Positions 9,463-19,959 of a DNA stretch of 64,000 nucleotides are shown piece after piece. The first letter of the stretch is position 1; the number at the start of each line of letters is the position of its first letter. The notes beneath the pieces are model-generated. The model did no database searches, had not been told where the DNA came from, and saw only the letters and a list, made by a program, of their open reading frames with translations. The translations under genes were made by a program, and so were the position numbers. The DNA is taken from positions 32,001 to 96,000 of the forward strand of contig OZ245003.1 in assembly GCA_965223425.1 (NCBI GenBank), read 5' to 3'. Source of the DNA: Nitrosopumilus sp. GTDB taxonomy: Archaea > Thermoproteota > Nitrososphaeria > Nitrososphaerales > Nitrosopumilaceae.

Positions 9463-11142
9463 GTAACTATTCGGATTTGTGGAGTTGTGGGGGATTTATT
9501 TTGACAGACAAATCACGCCCCGTTATATAGTGACAGTTCAAAATCGGCAAAAACGCCGCTCAGCCCCATACATGTGTGCGCGATGTTGCGGCGTTTTAGG
9601 CACAGACACACTTTACTGCCGCAGCTTTGTCCGGACAAGCCATGGGAATCCCGTCGGTTCTGCGGCCGTCAAGGCATTCCAGGATAAAACTGTACGGGTT
9701 TGCACCGCGCATCCTGCATGTGGCGTATATGCTTGCCAGCGTCTCTGTGATGTACATGCCCTTCTCGGATCTGCTGCCGTAGCTGACCTTGCGCATGGTG
9801 GCAAACATCCTCAGGGCCCTCTCGCTTTTGTTGTTGTGGTATTCCACGCCGTGCTCTAGAAACGTCAGCAGCTGATCCCCCTCCCTTTTGAGCCTTTTTG
9901 CGTACCTCCGGCAGTCCGCATCGTCGTATGACTGCCGTGCCAGCGCGTCTATCCTGTCCTGCAGCCTTTGTGTGACGTCTGCTGGAACCGCATTACTGTC
10001 GTACTTTTCCCGTGCGTCTATGGCATCCTTGAGTATGCCGTGCAGTCTCTTGAAGAATGTGGCAAACTCGTTACTGCAGCTCTCCTCCAGGGTCTTGTAC
10101 ATGTCCCTGAAATAGTGCAGCAGGCACTTTTGGTGTAGCAGGCCTACTCCACTCCATGCCAGATACGAGTCCGATATTACAATTCCGTCAAACTCACCTG
10201 CCAGTGCCTCTGCCACCTGCTTGCTGCGCGTCGATGATATGTGGTATATCACGCCGTGCGTGGAGACTAGAACCCATACCCAGTAATGCAGTCCGTTGAG
10301 AAACCATCCGGTCTCGTCCCCGTATATGGCGCGAGCCCTGTGAATCATCCCTGCAAGCAGTCCGTCGTAGACGGGCCTCATCTGGCATGCCGCCTTTTCG
10401 CACATGGAGACCAGCGTTGAACCCGGGATTTGTATCCCGTATATCATGTCAAATAGGTCAGTTATCCTTTCAAACGGTATGCCCATGCAACGCATCAGCA
10501 CTACCTGGGAGATTATCGTGATTCCATACTGAGAGCCGGACAGGGTGCCGGGTATGCGTGCGGAGTGTGACGTTTTACAGTTCCTGCAGTAGCGGCGCGC
10601 CACGCTCCATCTGATGCGGCGCGCCCTGCCGTCCTGTATGTCTGTTATGTCACGGTCGTAATCGGTACTGCTGTCTGCAAGTCTGAGACCGCATCCGGGA
10701 CAATATGAAATGTCTGCGTCCCTGTGATCTGTGACTGGGATGTCAGTCTTCTGTTCCCTGCCGCGCATCCCGGTATTTTTGTCGCTTTTTGGCCGCGGAT
10801 ATTCCTTGAATTTTCTCACATTGTAGCTTCTTGCCTTCCTGGCCGGCTTTTGGGTTGCGGATCCTGTCCTTAGCTGCCTGTTCTCTTCTTCCAGCTGCCT
10901 GATTGTGTCATTTTGCTGCTTGATTGTATCATTTTGCTGCTTGACTTTTTCTTCCAACGACTTTCTCTCTCTTCTCTCCTGATCAAACACTGATTTGAAA
11001 TGCTTAAAGAGATAGTTTGTGTCTTGGTTGTCCCAGTCTACGCGGGTAGGATCAAACTCCGCCGGCATCACATGTGTGTTCTAGCCGTGATCTTTATCTC
11101 TTTCGGCACCCCAAAATTCACTCCAGAAATCCGAATTGTTAC
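9463..11142 (-). mobile_element. IS66-family element (single-ORF, ISBst12-like)
   Basis: TIRs gtaactattcggatttgtggagt and gtaacaattcggatttctggagt (2 mismatches); 8-bp TSD atccaata at 9455-9462 and 11143-11150. Confidence 0.93.
9596..11071 (-). CDS. IS66 transposase
   Basis: Coiled coil, CPGCG/CRNC zinc finger, YGDETGW, ISDSY, QKCLLHYFR, NNKSERALR. Confidence 0.93.
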   Translation of the reverse strand: MMPAEFDPTRVDWDNQDTNYLFKHFKSVFDQERRERKSLEEKVKQQNDTIKQQNDTIRQLEEENRQLRTGSATQKPARKARSYNVRKFKEYPRPKSDKNTGMRGREQKTDIPVTDHRDADISYCPGCGLRLADSSTDYDRDITDIQDGRARRIRWSVARRYCRNCKTSHSARIPGTLSGSQYGITIISQVVLMRCMGIPFERITDLFDMIYGIQIPGSTLVSMCEKAACQMRPVYDGLLAGMIHRARAIYGDETGWFLNGLHYWVWVLVSTHGVIYHISSTRSKQVAEALAGEFDGIVISDSYLAWSGVGLLHQKCLLHYFRDMYKTLEESCSNEFATFFKRLHGILKDAIDAREKYDSNAVPADVTQRLQDRIDALARQSYDDADCRRYAKRLKREGDQLLTFLEHGVEYHNNKSERALRMFATMRKVSYGSRSEKGMYITETLASIYATCRMRGANPYSFILECLDGRRTDGIPMACPDKAAAVKCVCA

Positions 11143-11229
11143 ATCCAATATGCTAAAAGAGATCTAGCATGGATATTTTCATGAAACAGCAAGAACATTA
11201 AAATCAGATTTGAATGATTTTAAAGAAAA

Positions 11230-12069
11230 TTGAGCAAGATAAAGCCATCTGAATATAAAAGACGAAACATGGCAATTTGGAATGAGGTTGCACCGAGATA
11301 TCACAAAAGGTGGGCTTCTGCTAACAACGGACCGTTTCAGAGTACAAAAAAGTTAGTAGAATTGGTCGATATCAAAAAAGGAGACAGGGTTCTTGATGTT
11401 GCATGTGGAACAGGCGTTGTAACTAAAAAAATTAGAGAGAAGGTTGGTAATTCAGGATATGTCATAGGCGCAGATACCTCGATTACTGCAATAAGGATAG
11501 CAAAAAAATGGAATATAAAAAAATCAAATTCAGATTTTGTAAATATTGATGCAGAAAGATTTAGTTTTTCACAAAAATTTGATATTGTTACTTGTCAGTA
11601 TGCACTGTTTTTCTTTCCAAATTCTCAAAAAGCATTAATGAATATGAAAAATAGCCTCAAAAAAACAGGCAAGTTGGGAATCTCAGTTCATGGGAACAAG
11701 GTTCCATTTTTTAGCAATATTTTAGATTCAGTTACTAAGTTTATTCCAGATTACGTTCCACCTGGATCACCAAACCTTGATAGATTTGGAACAAAGTCTG
11801 CATTACGAGATGAGATCAGTAAGGCGGGATTCTCAAAAATTTCAGTAAAAGAATTTGTTTTTCAATATGGTCCCGGAAGATTTGAGGATTATTGGAGAAA
11901 TTATACCAAGTACATTGCAAAACCGCTAAAAGAGAAACTAAACGAGTTGGAATTTTCAAAAAGGAGAGAGCTAAAACGGCTAGTAAAAGAAAAAACAGTT
12001 CAATACACAAGGAAAGATGGAAAAATTCAATTCCCATGGCAAGTTTTAATTTTAACAGCAAAACACTAG
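11230..12069 (+). CDS. Class I SAM-dependent methyltransferase (UbiE-like)
   Basis: VLDVACGTG motif I, FDIVTCQYALFFF. Confidence 0.88.
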   Translation: MSKIKPSEYKRRNMAIWNEVAPRYHKRWASANNGPFQSTKKLVELVDIKKGDRVLDVACGTGVVTKKIREKVGNSGYVIGADTSITAIRIAKKWNIKKSNSDFVNIDAERFSFSQKFDIVTCQYALFFFPNSQKALMNMKNSLKKTGKLGISVHGNKVPFFSNILDSVTKFIPDYVPPGSPNLDRFGTKSALRDEISKAGFSKISVKEFVFQYGPGRFEDYWRNYTKYIAKPLKEKLNELEFSKRRELKRLVKEKTVQYTRKDGKIQFPWQVLILTAKH

Positions 12070-12088
12070 AAATTCAGACAAGATAGAA

Positions 12089-12568
12089 ATGGCCAGAGAC
12101 AAAAAGAGGAAGGAAGAAAAACCAAAAAAATCAGATTTTAAAGCATTTCTCAAAAAAAGGGCTCCGATATATCTTGGCTTGATCGCTTTGTTTGTAGTGT
12201 TTGTAGTTCCTGAATTAACAAAAGGCAATCTAGAAAGTAGTCTGCCAGAACTTTCATCTGAAGAACAACAGATAGCAGACATCTTGATGGGATATAACGG
12301 ACCAAACGAGTCTGGATTAACTGTAATGGATGCAATTGCAGATAAAATTAGTGAAGAATATCCGGATGAGAAAATATTTGATAACAAAAAAACCAAGGTA
12401 TCTCTAACTGTTTCAAATATTGATCCTGAGAGTCATCAGGTTGTTTTTAATTTTGTATCACATAAAGGAGAAATGAATTATGATTGGAATGTAGATACAT
12501 CTGGAAAAATTACAGCAAATAATGCTGAATCAAAATATATTATTGATTTGGTAGACTTTTATGATTAG
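12089..12568 (+). CDS. Hypothetical membrane-anchored protein
   Basis: Basic N-terminus, single TM (IYLGLIALFVVFVV), acidic soluble domain. Confidence 0.75.
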   Translation: MARDKKRKEEKPKKSDFKAFLKKRAPIYLGLIALFVVFVVPELTKGNLESSLPELSSEEQQIADILMGYNGPNESGLTVMDAIADKISEEYPDEKIFDNKKTKVSLTVSNIDPESHQVVFNFVSHKGEMNYDWNVDTSGKITANNAESKYIIDLVDFYD

Positions 12569-12593
12569 AAGATTTTGAGACAAAAAAACAGGC

Positions 12594-13658
12594 TCAGATT
12601 GTGACTAAATCTTTAGTAAACTTGTGCATTACAATTGGTCTTTCCTTTACAATAAGCGAATCTTCAATTCTAATTCCAAATTTATTTTCAATATAGATTC
12701 CGGGTTCTACGGTGATTGCCATGTTTTTTTTTAGTTTTGTATCACTTTGATATGAAACAGTTGGAAGTTCATGTACCTCTAGTCCTATTCCATGTCCGGT
12801 AGAATGAATAAAATATTGACCAAAATTTTTCTCTTCAATGTAGTTTCTGCATGCAGAATCTATATCCTTACAATTTACATTTGGTTTAGCCGCTTTGAGA
12901 CCTAGCTTTTGAGATTCTTTGACAATTTCATATGCTTCACTTGCTTGAGAGGAAATTTTTCCAACTGCAAATGTTCTTGTTGCATCAGAGACATATCCCT
13001 TGTATCTTAATGTAAGATCAGTTACTATAAGATCACCTTTTTTGAATTTTCTTTGAGTTACTTGAGCATGAGGTAAAGCACCATTTGGACCTCCAGCAAT
13101 GATAAGAGGGTTAAGTGTAGATTTGTATCCGGTATCAAACATTTGTTGATCCATTGCATATGTCATCAAAATTGTCTGTAATTCTGACTCTTTTTGACCT
13201 ACTTTGATCTTTTTTGAGCAAATTTCGAACATTTCATCGATTATTTTAGAGGCTCTTTTGAGAACCTGAATTTCTTTTTCATCTTTGACTATTCTAGAAT
13301 TGTAAAATGGCTCAGCAGATGATTTTATTTTCGGAATGGATTTTTTCAAAGACGTCATGACAGAGTAATTTTGACAGTCAGTACAAACTCGTTTTTTCTT
13401 AATTTTTTCAATAAGAGAAGAAATCAGACCTGTTCCACGTTCTGCAGTGATTACATTACAGTCTTCAGACTCTTCTTTTGCTCGACTTGCTTCAAGTTCT
13501 GGAGCAATAATGGTTGTTTTTCCACTTTTTTCAAGTAATCCTATTGCCTCACCCCAAAATCCAGTCATGTAAAACAAATTTTCAGGCTCAAATGTGACGA
13601 TTGTGTCACAGTCAATCTTTTGGGCATGTTTTAGAAGGTTCTTTCTTCTTTGTTTCAC
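12594..13658 (-). CDS. Xaa-Pro aminopeptidase (M24 family)
   Basis: GALPH, YVSDATRT, HSTGHGIGLEVHE, TVEPGIY, GIRIED; start adjusted to GTG at 13658. Confidence 0.93.
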   Translation of the reverse strand: MKQRRKNLLKHAQKIDCDTIVTFEPENLFYMTGFWGEAIGLLEKSGKTTIIAPELEASRAKEESEDCNVITAERGTGLISSLIEKIKKKRVCTDCQNYSVMTSLKKSIPKIKSSAEPFYNSRIVKDEKEIQVLKRASKIIDEMFEICSKKIKVGQKESELQTILMTYAMDQQMFDTGYKSTLNPLIIAGGPNGALPHAQVTQRKFKKGDLIVTDLTLRYKGYVSDATRTFAVGKISSQASEAYEIVKESQKLGLKAAKPNVNCKDIDSACRNYIEEKNFGQYFIHSTGHGIGLEVHELPTVSYQSDTKLKKNMAITVEPGIYIENKFGIRIEDSLIVKERPIVMHKFTKDLVTI

Positions 13659-13729
13659 ACAAAAACACACCTCTTTCACAATTTATGTATGATGCAAAGT
13701 TTGTATATGGAAATTTAGTGTAGATCGTT

Positions 13730-14743
13730 GTGACAGAAGAAAAAGAGAAGAAGAAAGTGGTTGCGTTGCTGTCAGGAGGTTTAGATAGTCAGCTTGCAGT
13801 AAGAATGATGCAAGAACAGGGCTTTGACGTTTCAGCTGTTGCAATAAAAACTCCTTTTTGTGATTTTGATTGTGGAAGGGGATGCGGATTTGAAATTAGA
13901 GAAAGGGCAGATGATCTTGATGTAAATTTAAAGACTGTTTATCTTGGTGATGAATACATTGAGATGTTAAAACATCCAAAACATGGAACTGGTGCAGGTT
14001 TTAACCCATGTATTGACTGTCGTGCTATGATGTTTGATGCTGCAAAGAAACACATGGAAGAAATTGGTGCAGAATTTATTATTTCAGGAGAGGTGTTAGG
14101 CCAGCGTCCAATGAGCCAGCACGGACCAGCATTAAGAACTATTGAGAAAGAATCAGATCTTGTTGGAAAAATTGTAAGACCACTGTCAGCTGCATTACTG
14201 CCAGAAACAGATCCTGAAAAAGAAGGGTTGATCAAAAGAGAGAATTTGGGAATGATCAAAGGCAGAACAAGAAGAAATCAGTTACAGATGGCAAAAGAGT
14301 ATGGAATCGAAAACCCGCCTAATGCAGGAGGAGGTTGTTTGCTAACAGAGCCACAATTTGGAATTAAGGCAAAAGATCTGTTTGAACATATTGAAACTCC
14401 AACAATTAACGATGTTGATTTGTTAAAAATTGGTAGGCATTTTAGGTTAGATGAGGAAACAAAGTTTGTTGTTGGGAGAAATAAGGATGAAAACGAAATG
14501 ATCAAAGCAATAGCGTTGCCAGGGGATATTTTACTTGAAGCTAAAGATTACGTAGGGCCAATTTCAATTCTGCGTGGCAAGAATGCACCAACACATGTAA
14601 AATTTGCATCGTCTGTAACATTAAGATATTCAGATGCACCAAAAAACCAGCTTGGAATTGTTTTAGCAAAAAATGGGAACGTAGCTGAAGAAATAAGCAT
14701 TGAAAGTGCGATGGAAGAGTCATACATTAAATTTAGAATTTAG
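13730..14743 (+). CDS. ThiI-like PP-loop tRNA thiolation protein with C-terminal DUF814-like domain
   Basis: SGGLDS PP-loop, NPCIDCR, GEVLGQRPMSQ, AGGGCLLT, GRHFRL, VGRNKDEN. Confidence 0.85.
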   Translation: MTEEKEKKKVVALLSGGLDSQLAVRMMQEQGFDVSAVAIKTPFCDFDCGRGCGFEIRERADDLDVNLKTVYLGDEYIEMLKHPKHGTGAGFNPCIDCRAMMFDAAKKHMEEIGAEFIISGEVLGQRPMSQHGPALRTIEKESDLVGKIVRPLSAALLPETDPEKEGLIKRENLGMIKGRTRRNQLQMAKEYGIENPPNAGGGCLLTEPQFGIKAKDLFEHIETPTINDVDLLKIGRHFRLDEETKFVVGRNKDENEMIKAIALPGDILLEAKDYVGPISILRGKNAPTHVKFASSVTLRYSDAPKNQLGIVLAKNGNVAEEISIESAMEESYIKFRI

Positions 14744-14816
14744 GCGTGAAATTTTTTAAAAATTAGTTAGAACTAAGGAAGAGTTTTTGAGGAAGTAGAT
14801 CACATTTTCAGCAAGG

Positions 14817-15095
14817 ATGCAAAAACAAGAAAACCCAACATATCTAAAGGCCATAACGATTAGGGACATCAGTGATGTCCATTCTATCAAAGAAGACATC
14901 AAAAAAGGAATGATTTTGATTCTAAGAGTTACACCGTTAGCACAAAAAGATGTGGAACAACTTCGTAAAGTAGTTGAAGAGTTGTATTCTATTGCAAAAA
15001 CCGCCGGTGCAGATATTGCAAGACTGGGAGAGGAAAGAATTATTGTTGCTCCATCTAGTATAAAAATCTGGAAACCAGAATATGATCTAAAATAA
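14817..15095 (+). CDS. sepF: SepF/DUF552 family protein
   Basis: IKEDIKKGMILILRVTPL...GADIARLGEERIIVAP. Confidence 0.8.
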   Translation: MQKQENPTYLKAITIRDISDVHSIKEDIKKGMILILRVTPLAQKDVEQLRKVVEELYSIAKTAGADIARLGEERIIVAPSSIKIWKPEYDLK

Positions 15096-17024
15096 TTTTA
15101 TTGCTTCCTGAATTTGAGGATAGTGAGCTGGAACCCTATACATTCGTCTGATGTTCATGGCTAGGTTTTCAGATTTTTTTCGTTCACCGTGGTTAACTAG
15201 AACCCTTCGAAGTTTTGGTCTCAGCCTTTGTACAAAGGACATCAATTGGTTGTAATCACTGTGACCACTGAATCCATCTAGTTTTTCAACGCCGCAGTTG
15301 ATAGTGACAACTTCAATTTTGCCTCCTTTTCCTAGCATAGATACTTGTTTAGAACCATCAAGAACTCTTCTTCCTAGAGTTCCATTAACCTGGTAAGAAA
15401 CAAACAATACCTTGTTCTTTTTGTCAGGAGAGATATTTTTGAAGTATTCTAAGACAGGGCCGCCTTCCAACATTCCTGATGTTGCCAAGATAATACACGG
15501 TGAGTTTTCTCTCATTGGCTCTTCCCTAGAGTCTGCATGCTCGATATTTGTAAAGTATTCAGAATCAAATGGGTTATCATCAGTTTCTAAGATTTTTTGT
15601 TTGAGTTCTCTTGCTAGATATTCTGGATAGGATTCATGAATGGCTGATGCTTCAGAAATCATCCCTTCCGTAAATACCGGTGCCTCGATCATTTGACCTG
15701 ATTTCATATAATGATCAATTACCATCATAATTTCTTGTGCACGACCAACTGCTGGAATGGGTATCAGAACTTTGCCTCCATCTGCCAAAGTATTGTTTAC
15801 TGCATTAATGAAAGCAGATTCTACCTCCTGTCTGCTTGGTTGAATGTCCTCTTTAAGACCATATGTACTTTCGATCAACAATGTCTCTACTCTTGGAAAA
15901 TTCCAACTAGCAGCTTCAAACAAGATACTTTTTCCAAATTTTATATCACCTGAATAAACAAAATTATGATTGCCATTTCCAATGTGAAAGTGACATAGCG
16001 CAGAACCTAGAATATGGCCCGCATTTGCAAGAACTAATTTTATGTCAGGAGAAACATCAGTAACAGTTCCATATGGTAAAGTAATTGCTTGTCTCATAAC
16101 TTGTTTAACATCTCGTTCTGAATAAATTGGGGTTCTGCCTTGTGCGGCAGCTACTTTGATTGCATCTAATTGAATTAGATTCATCATAGGAAGGGTTGGC
16201 TCCGTACAATAGATGGGACCCTTGTAACCATACTTGCACAGCGTAGGTAAGAATCCGGTATGATCCAAATGTGCATGTCCTATTACTACTGCATCAAGTT
16301 CATCTAACGTTAAATTTAGAGAGTCCAGTCTTGGATACGCATCCATTGGTGAGCGCGCACCGGGATTGATTCCACAGTCAATTAGGATTTTGCTTTCAGG
16401 AGTAGATAACAATAAAGAAGATCTGCCAACTTGGCCAAATCCGCCAAGTGTATAAAGAGAGACTTCGGTTCGTTCGGACAATCTTGGTCTAAAGATTTCA
16501 TCACCGACCTGTTTAAGCTGTTTACTTCGCTCAGAAGAGTATTGTTTTAGAGTTGCATTGATTGTTTGGATTGTTCGTGAAGGTATGGTTGTGGCCTTTC
16601 TAACGCGTATTTTCCATCCTATTTTCTCAGTAACTTCAGCATGATTGAATTCCTTTGCATCTCTTTGTAGCAACCAGGGTCTTTTGGCTTCAACTGAAAC
16701 CTCACCAGTAGCAGTATCAAAGATGACTCCCTGTAGATTTGCATCCTTTGGAACACAATCGGCAAGAATTCGTCTAGCCTCATCTTCAGGTTTTCTAATT
16801 GATTTATCAGTCCTTACAACAATTCTTTTTTTAATTACATTGACAAGATTTGATATTGTTTCATTATTTTCCATCAAGTAGCGAGGGGTGTTTGTATAAA
16901 GAGCAATTCGCGGCCCCTCATATTCTATTTTTGTAATGTTTGCGTCTTTGGGAATACTTTGCAGTATGGTGGCCATTACATTTTGGCTGGAAGGTATTTC
17001 TTTTTGTTGTTGTTTTCTTTGCAT
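15087..17024 (-). CDS. fttA: Beta-CASP ribonuclease aCPSF1 / transcription termination factor FttA
   Basis: KH domains (IEYEGP), LGGFGQVGRS, HAHLDH, AGHILGS, ESTYG, DGFSGHSD; adjacent to psmB; start adjusted to 17024. Confidence 0.95.
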   Translation of the reverse strand: MQRKQQQKEIPSSQNVMATILQSIPKDANITKIEYEGPRIALYTNTPRYLMENNETISNLVNVIKKRIVVRTDKSIRKPEDEARRILADCVPKDANLQGVIFDTATGEVSVEAKRPWLLQRDAKEFNHAEVTEKIGWKIRVRKATTIPSRTIQTINATLKQYSSERSKQLKQVGDEIFRPRLSERTEVSLYTLGGFGQVGRSSLLLSTPESKILIDCGINPGARSPMDAYPRLDSLNLTLDELDAVVIGHAHLDHTGFLPTLCKYGYKGPIYCTEPTLPMMNLIQLDAIKVAAAQGRTPIYSERDVKQVMRQAITLPYGTVTDVSPDIKLVLANAGHILGSALCHFHIGNGNHNFVYSGDIKFGKSILFEAASWNFPRVETLLIESTYGLKEDIQPSRQEVESAFINAVNNTLADGGKVLIPIPAVGRAQEIMMVIDHYMKSGQMIEAPVFTEGMISEASAIHESYPEYLARELKQKILETDDNPFDSEYFTNIEHADSREEPMRENSPCIILATSGMLEGGPVLEYFKNISPDKKNKVLFVSYQVNGTLGRRVLDGSKQVSMLGKGGKIEVVTINCGVEKLDGFSGHSDYNQLMSFVQRLRPKLRRVLVNHGERKKSENLAMNIRRMYRVPAHYPQIQEAIKLF

Positions 17025-17031
17025 TAAATCA

Positions 17032-17664
17032 CTAAAGTTCGATGACTGCTTTCTTTTGCTCATCGGTCAAAAGACGGAATCCGTCTTTATCCATAATTGC
17101 GACGTTTATTCCGTCGCCGGTGCCAATATTTCTAACTATTGCAGCTTTAACAGCTCGTAGAGCTATTTTTTTTGCATCTTCAACTGTAAGATCCTCTTGA
17201 TATTCCTCTTCAAGTAAACCATAAGCTACTGGTGAACCACTACCAGTTGTGACATATGATTTCTCTTCAACTGAACCAAACATATCTATGTTGAACAATG
17301 CAGGACCGTTTGCATCATAACCGCCAACCAAGATATCAGCCATGAATGGATAGCCTCTATTTTGATGGAATATCAATGAACAAAGTCGTGCAAGTGAATG
17401 AATTGAGATTGGATCTTGTTTTTCAACCCTATGAAGATTAGAGTGATAACGTAAAATATCAACAATATTTTGTGCGTCTGCCACACCGCCGGCCAATGTC
17501 AATCCGGCATGCAAGTCAATTTTTTGAATTTTCATTGTGTTGTTATTTGCAATAAAATAACCTGCGCTTGCTCTCATATCGGCACATAATACGATACCGT
17601 CTTTGGCCTTGATACCTACAGTGGTAGTCCCGTGCAGAATTTTTTCTTCAACATTGTTTGACAA
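17032..17664 (-). CDS. psmB: Proteasome beta subunit
   Basis: Propeptide then G/TTTVG catalytic Thr, ADMRAS, TGSGSPVAYG. Confidence 0.96.
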   Translation of the reverse strand: MSNNVEEKILHGTTTVGIKAKDGIVLCADMRASAGYFIANNNTMKIQKIDLHAGLTLAGGVADAQNIVDILRYHSNLHRVEKQDPISIHSLARLCSLIFHQNRGYPFMADILVGGYDANGPALFNIDMFGSVEEKSYVTTGSGSPVAYGLLEEEYQEDLTVEDAKKIALRAVKAAIVRNIGTGDGINVAIMDKDGFRLLTDEQKKAVIEL

Positions 17665-17761
17665 AAATACACCTATTAAGATAAAGTAGGTGGCATGTCA
17701 CCCTTTTAAATAACTTTTTGATCCCTTGAAATAATAAATAATGACAAAAAACCAAGATCGC

Positions 17762-18805
17762 ATGCAATCACATACGATGGAATTGCCCAGGCTCATTGAA
17801 ATTGGCGAGAAAAACATTGGAGATTTTGGAAAATTTCTAAATTCATTAAGCAAGCCAAAAAAGGTTTCTTTAATATCGGGTACAAATGTTCAAAAAGTTT
17901 TAAGGAAGAAAATTGAGAAATCACTCAAATCAAAAAAAATTCAATTTGTATGGCATACATCAAAAGATAGTCAGATAAAATCATTAAATCAAATTCAAAA
18001 AGCTGTTAAAAAAGACAATCCTGATTTGATTGCGGGCATTGGTGGAGGCCGCTCTGTAGATACGGCAAAAATGATTTCATATAATTTAGACAAACCATTT
18101 GTAAGCTTACCAACTGCAGCTTCACATGATGGAATGGCAAGTCCGTTTGTTTCTGTAAAGAGTGACAAACCACATTCAATTGTGGCATCTGCACCTATGG
18201 GTGTTTTTGTAGATATTGATGTGATCAAAAAAGCTCCCGCTAGACTATTAGCTAGTGGGTGCGGAGATCTTGTTGCAAATACCATAGCAGTAAAAGATTG
18301 GCAGCTAGGTCATCAAAAGAAAAAGGAGTACTATGGCAGATATGCAGCAGACTTGGCCTTGATGAGTGCCAAAATAGTTATGGAAAATTCTTCCAGATTT
18401 GCGAAGAATGGGCTAGATGCAAGAGTAGTTGTGGAAGGATTGATCAGTGCAGGAGTAGCATCATGTATTGCAGGAAGTAGCAGGCCGTGCTCCGGAGCTG
18501 AACATCTTTTTTCACATGCACTTGATAAAATTGCCCCAGGTGTTGGGCTTCATGGAGAAAAGTGTGGAATTGGTTCCATAATGATGGCAAAATTACAAGG
18601 ACAAGATTGGAAAAAAATTGTAAAGACGTTGAAAGATGTTAAAGCTCCAACAACTGCAAAACAAATTGGTCTTGAACCAGACGTGATAATAAAAGCTCTA
18701 ACCATTGCACAAGATCTAAGACCAAAAAGGTATACAATTCTGAAAGAAATCAAAATGACGGAAAAAAGAGCGCAAAGTCTTGCTAAGAGTACCAGAGTAA
18801 TTTGA
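17762..18805 (+). CDS. egsA: sn-glycerol-1-phosphate dehydrogenase
   Basis: GGGRSVDTAK, PTAASHDG, SRPCSGAEHLFSHALD, LHGEKCG. Confidence 0.95.
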   Translation: MQSHTMELPRLIEIGEKNIGDFGKFLNSLSKPKKVSLISGTNVQKVLRKKIEKSLKSKKIQFVWHTSKDSQIKSLNQIQKAVKKDNPDLIAGIGGGRSVDTAKMISYNLDKPFVSLPTAASHDGMASPFVSVKSDKPHSIVASAPMGVFVDIDVIKKAPARLLASGCGDLVANTIAVKDWQLGHQKKKEYYGRYAADLALMSAKIVMENSSRFAKNGLDARVVVEGLISAGVASCIAGSSRPCSGAEHLFSHALDKIAPGVGLHGEKCGIGSIMMAKLQGQDWKKIVKTLKDVKAPTTAKQIGLEPDVIIKALTIAQDLRPKRYTILKEIKMTEKRAQSLAKSTRVI

Positions 18806-18806
18806 T

Positions 18807-19553
18807 TTAAGCGGTAGTTTGTTCAGGTGCTTTTTCTTTTATTTCAGGTTTTTTTTCCCGAGTTTGTTTGTTAACGTGCGTTTCTACAAAGCTTACTTTA
18901 CTTAAAGTTGGAACAAATTTGAGAATATCTAATTGAATAAAGTATTTCATCATTTGTAAACCGTCTGAACGGAAAATTTCCTCAGGAATTGTAATGTTTA
19001 CATCTTTGTCCTTCAAGTCAAATGCAATTTTTGAGTCTTCCACAGGTATCTTATTTTTAAGAATTCCATCAATCTTGTCATTCGGGGAATCCAATGATTT
19101 TATTACATTTACATCAAACAGAATTGTTTTACCAGCATATCTGTGGTTGTAATCTATTTGGATCCTACCAGAGCCAATAAAACGAATAATTCCTATTTTG
19201 TCATCAACCTCAACTGTGTCACCCACTGAAACTTTTTCTGCATCTTCACCTAATTTCCTACTAGGAATCATTCTAACTTTTTTAGAGTCTCTTTCACCAA
19301 ATCCTTTCTCAGGCGTAACTTCAACCGTAAGTTTGTCTCCGACAGATGTTTTTGCAAGTGCTTCATCCAATCCTTTTAGAACAGGGTAAGACACTTCGCC
19401 AATCGATACTAGTTTTGGTTTATACTTTACATTTTGCTCATGAATAGAATATTTTTTTGCATCTGCTTCAAGAGTGGTATCAAACACTTCTTCACTGTCT
19501 TTTACCTTTGCAGTATAGTCTACTAGAACCAATGAACCTTTATCGAAAGTCAA
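18807..19553 (-). CDS. FKBP-type peptidyl-prolyl isomerase (long archaeal SlyD-like)
   Basis: VDYTAKV, FDTT, VTPEKGFGER, IDYNHRYAGKTILFDV. Confidence 0.92.
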   Translation of the reverse strand: MTFDKGSLVLVDYTAKVKDSEEVFDTTLEADAKKYSIHEQNVKYKPKLVSIGEVSYPVLKGLDEALAKTSVGDKLTVEVTPEKGFGERDSKKVRMIPSRKLGEDAEKVSVGDTVEVDDKIGIIRFIGSGRIQIDYNHRYAGKTILFDVNVIKSLDSPNDKIDGILKNKIPVEDSKIAFDLKDKDVNITIPEEIFRSDGLQMMKYFIQLDILKFVPTLSKVSFVETHVNKQTREKKPEIKEKAPEQTTA

Positions 19554-19959
19554 TGTGATCGGTCTCGAATTTCCTTATATTAAGTTACCATATATCATCT
19601 GAAGTTCGTAAATGAAAAACTAGTTACGATCGTTTTTTAAAAATTATTTAACCACTTTCAGATGTAACGATCATTGTAATTTATTGTTAAAGTTATGCCT
19701 ATATGAATATCATAGTAATGGTGTCATTATTTTTGAACCGAGTTTGAAGAAAAAATTGTGGAATCAGTTATACCCACATTTATCTTATGCTTGCGGGGGA
19801 GATTGTAACTGGATAATTCACAAATAGAAAATACTATCAACGAGATCCGTAAGCGTAGCGATACAGTCATGGCTTTCAATAAAGATAAAATTTCAAGTGA
19901 TTTTTACAAATCAAGAAATTTGTCAGAATTTTCAATAAGGAAAAAATTTATCGAGATTA

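Noticed and set aside
10901-10942. 21-bp tandem repeat
   Set aside because: Heptad duplication (KQQNDTI x2) inside the IS66 transposase coiled coil.
9365-11167. Short ORF after coaBC apparently split by IS66
   Set aside because: The rejoined ORF is only ~37 aa with no recognisable motif, so a gene cannot be supported.
19788-19806. tgcgggggagat as a tRNA-Leu-like att scar
   Set aside because: The T-stem portion does not fit, and there is no partner repeat or integrase nearby.
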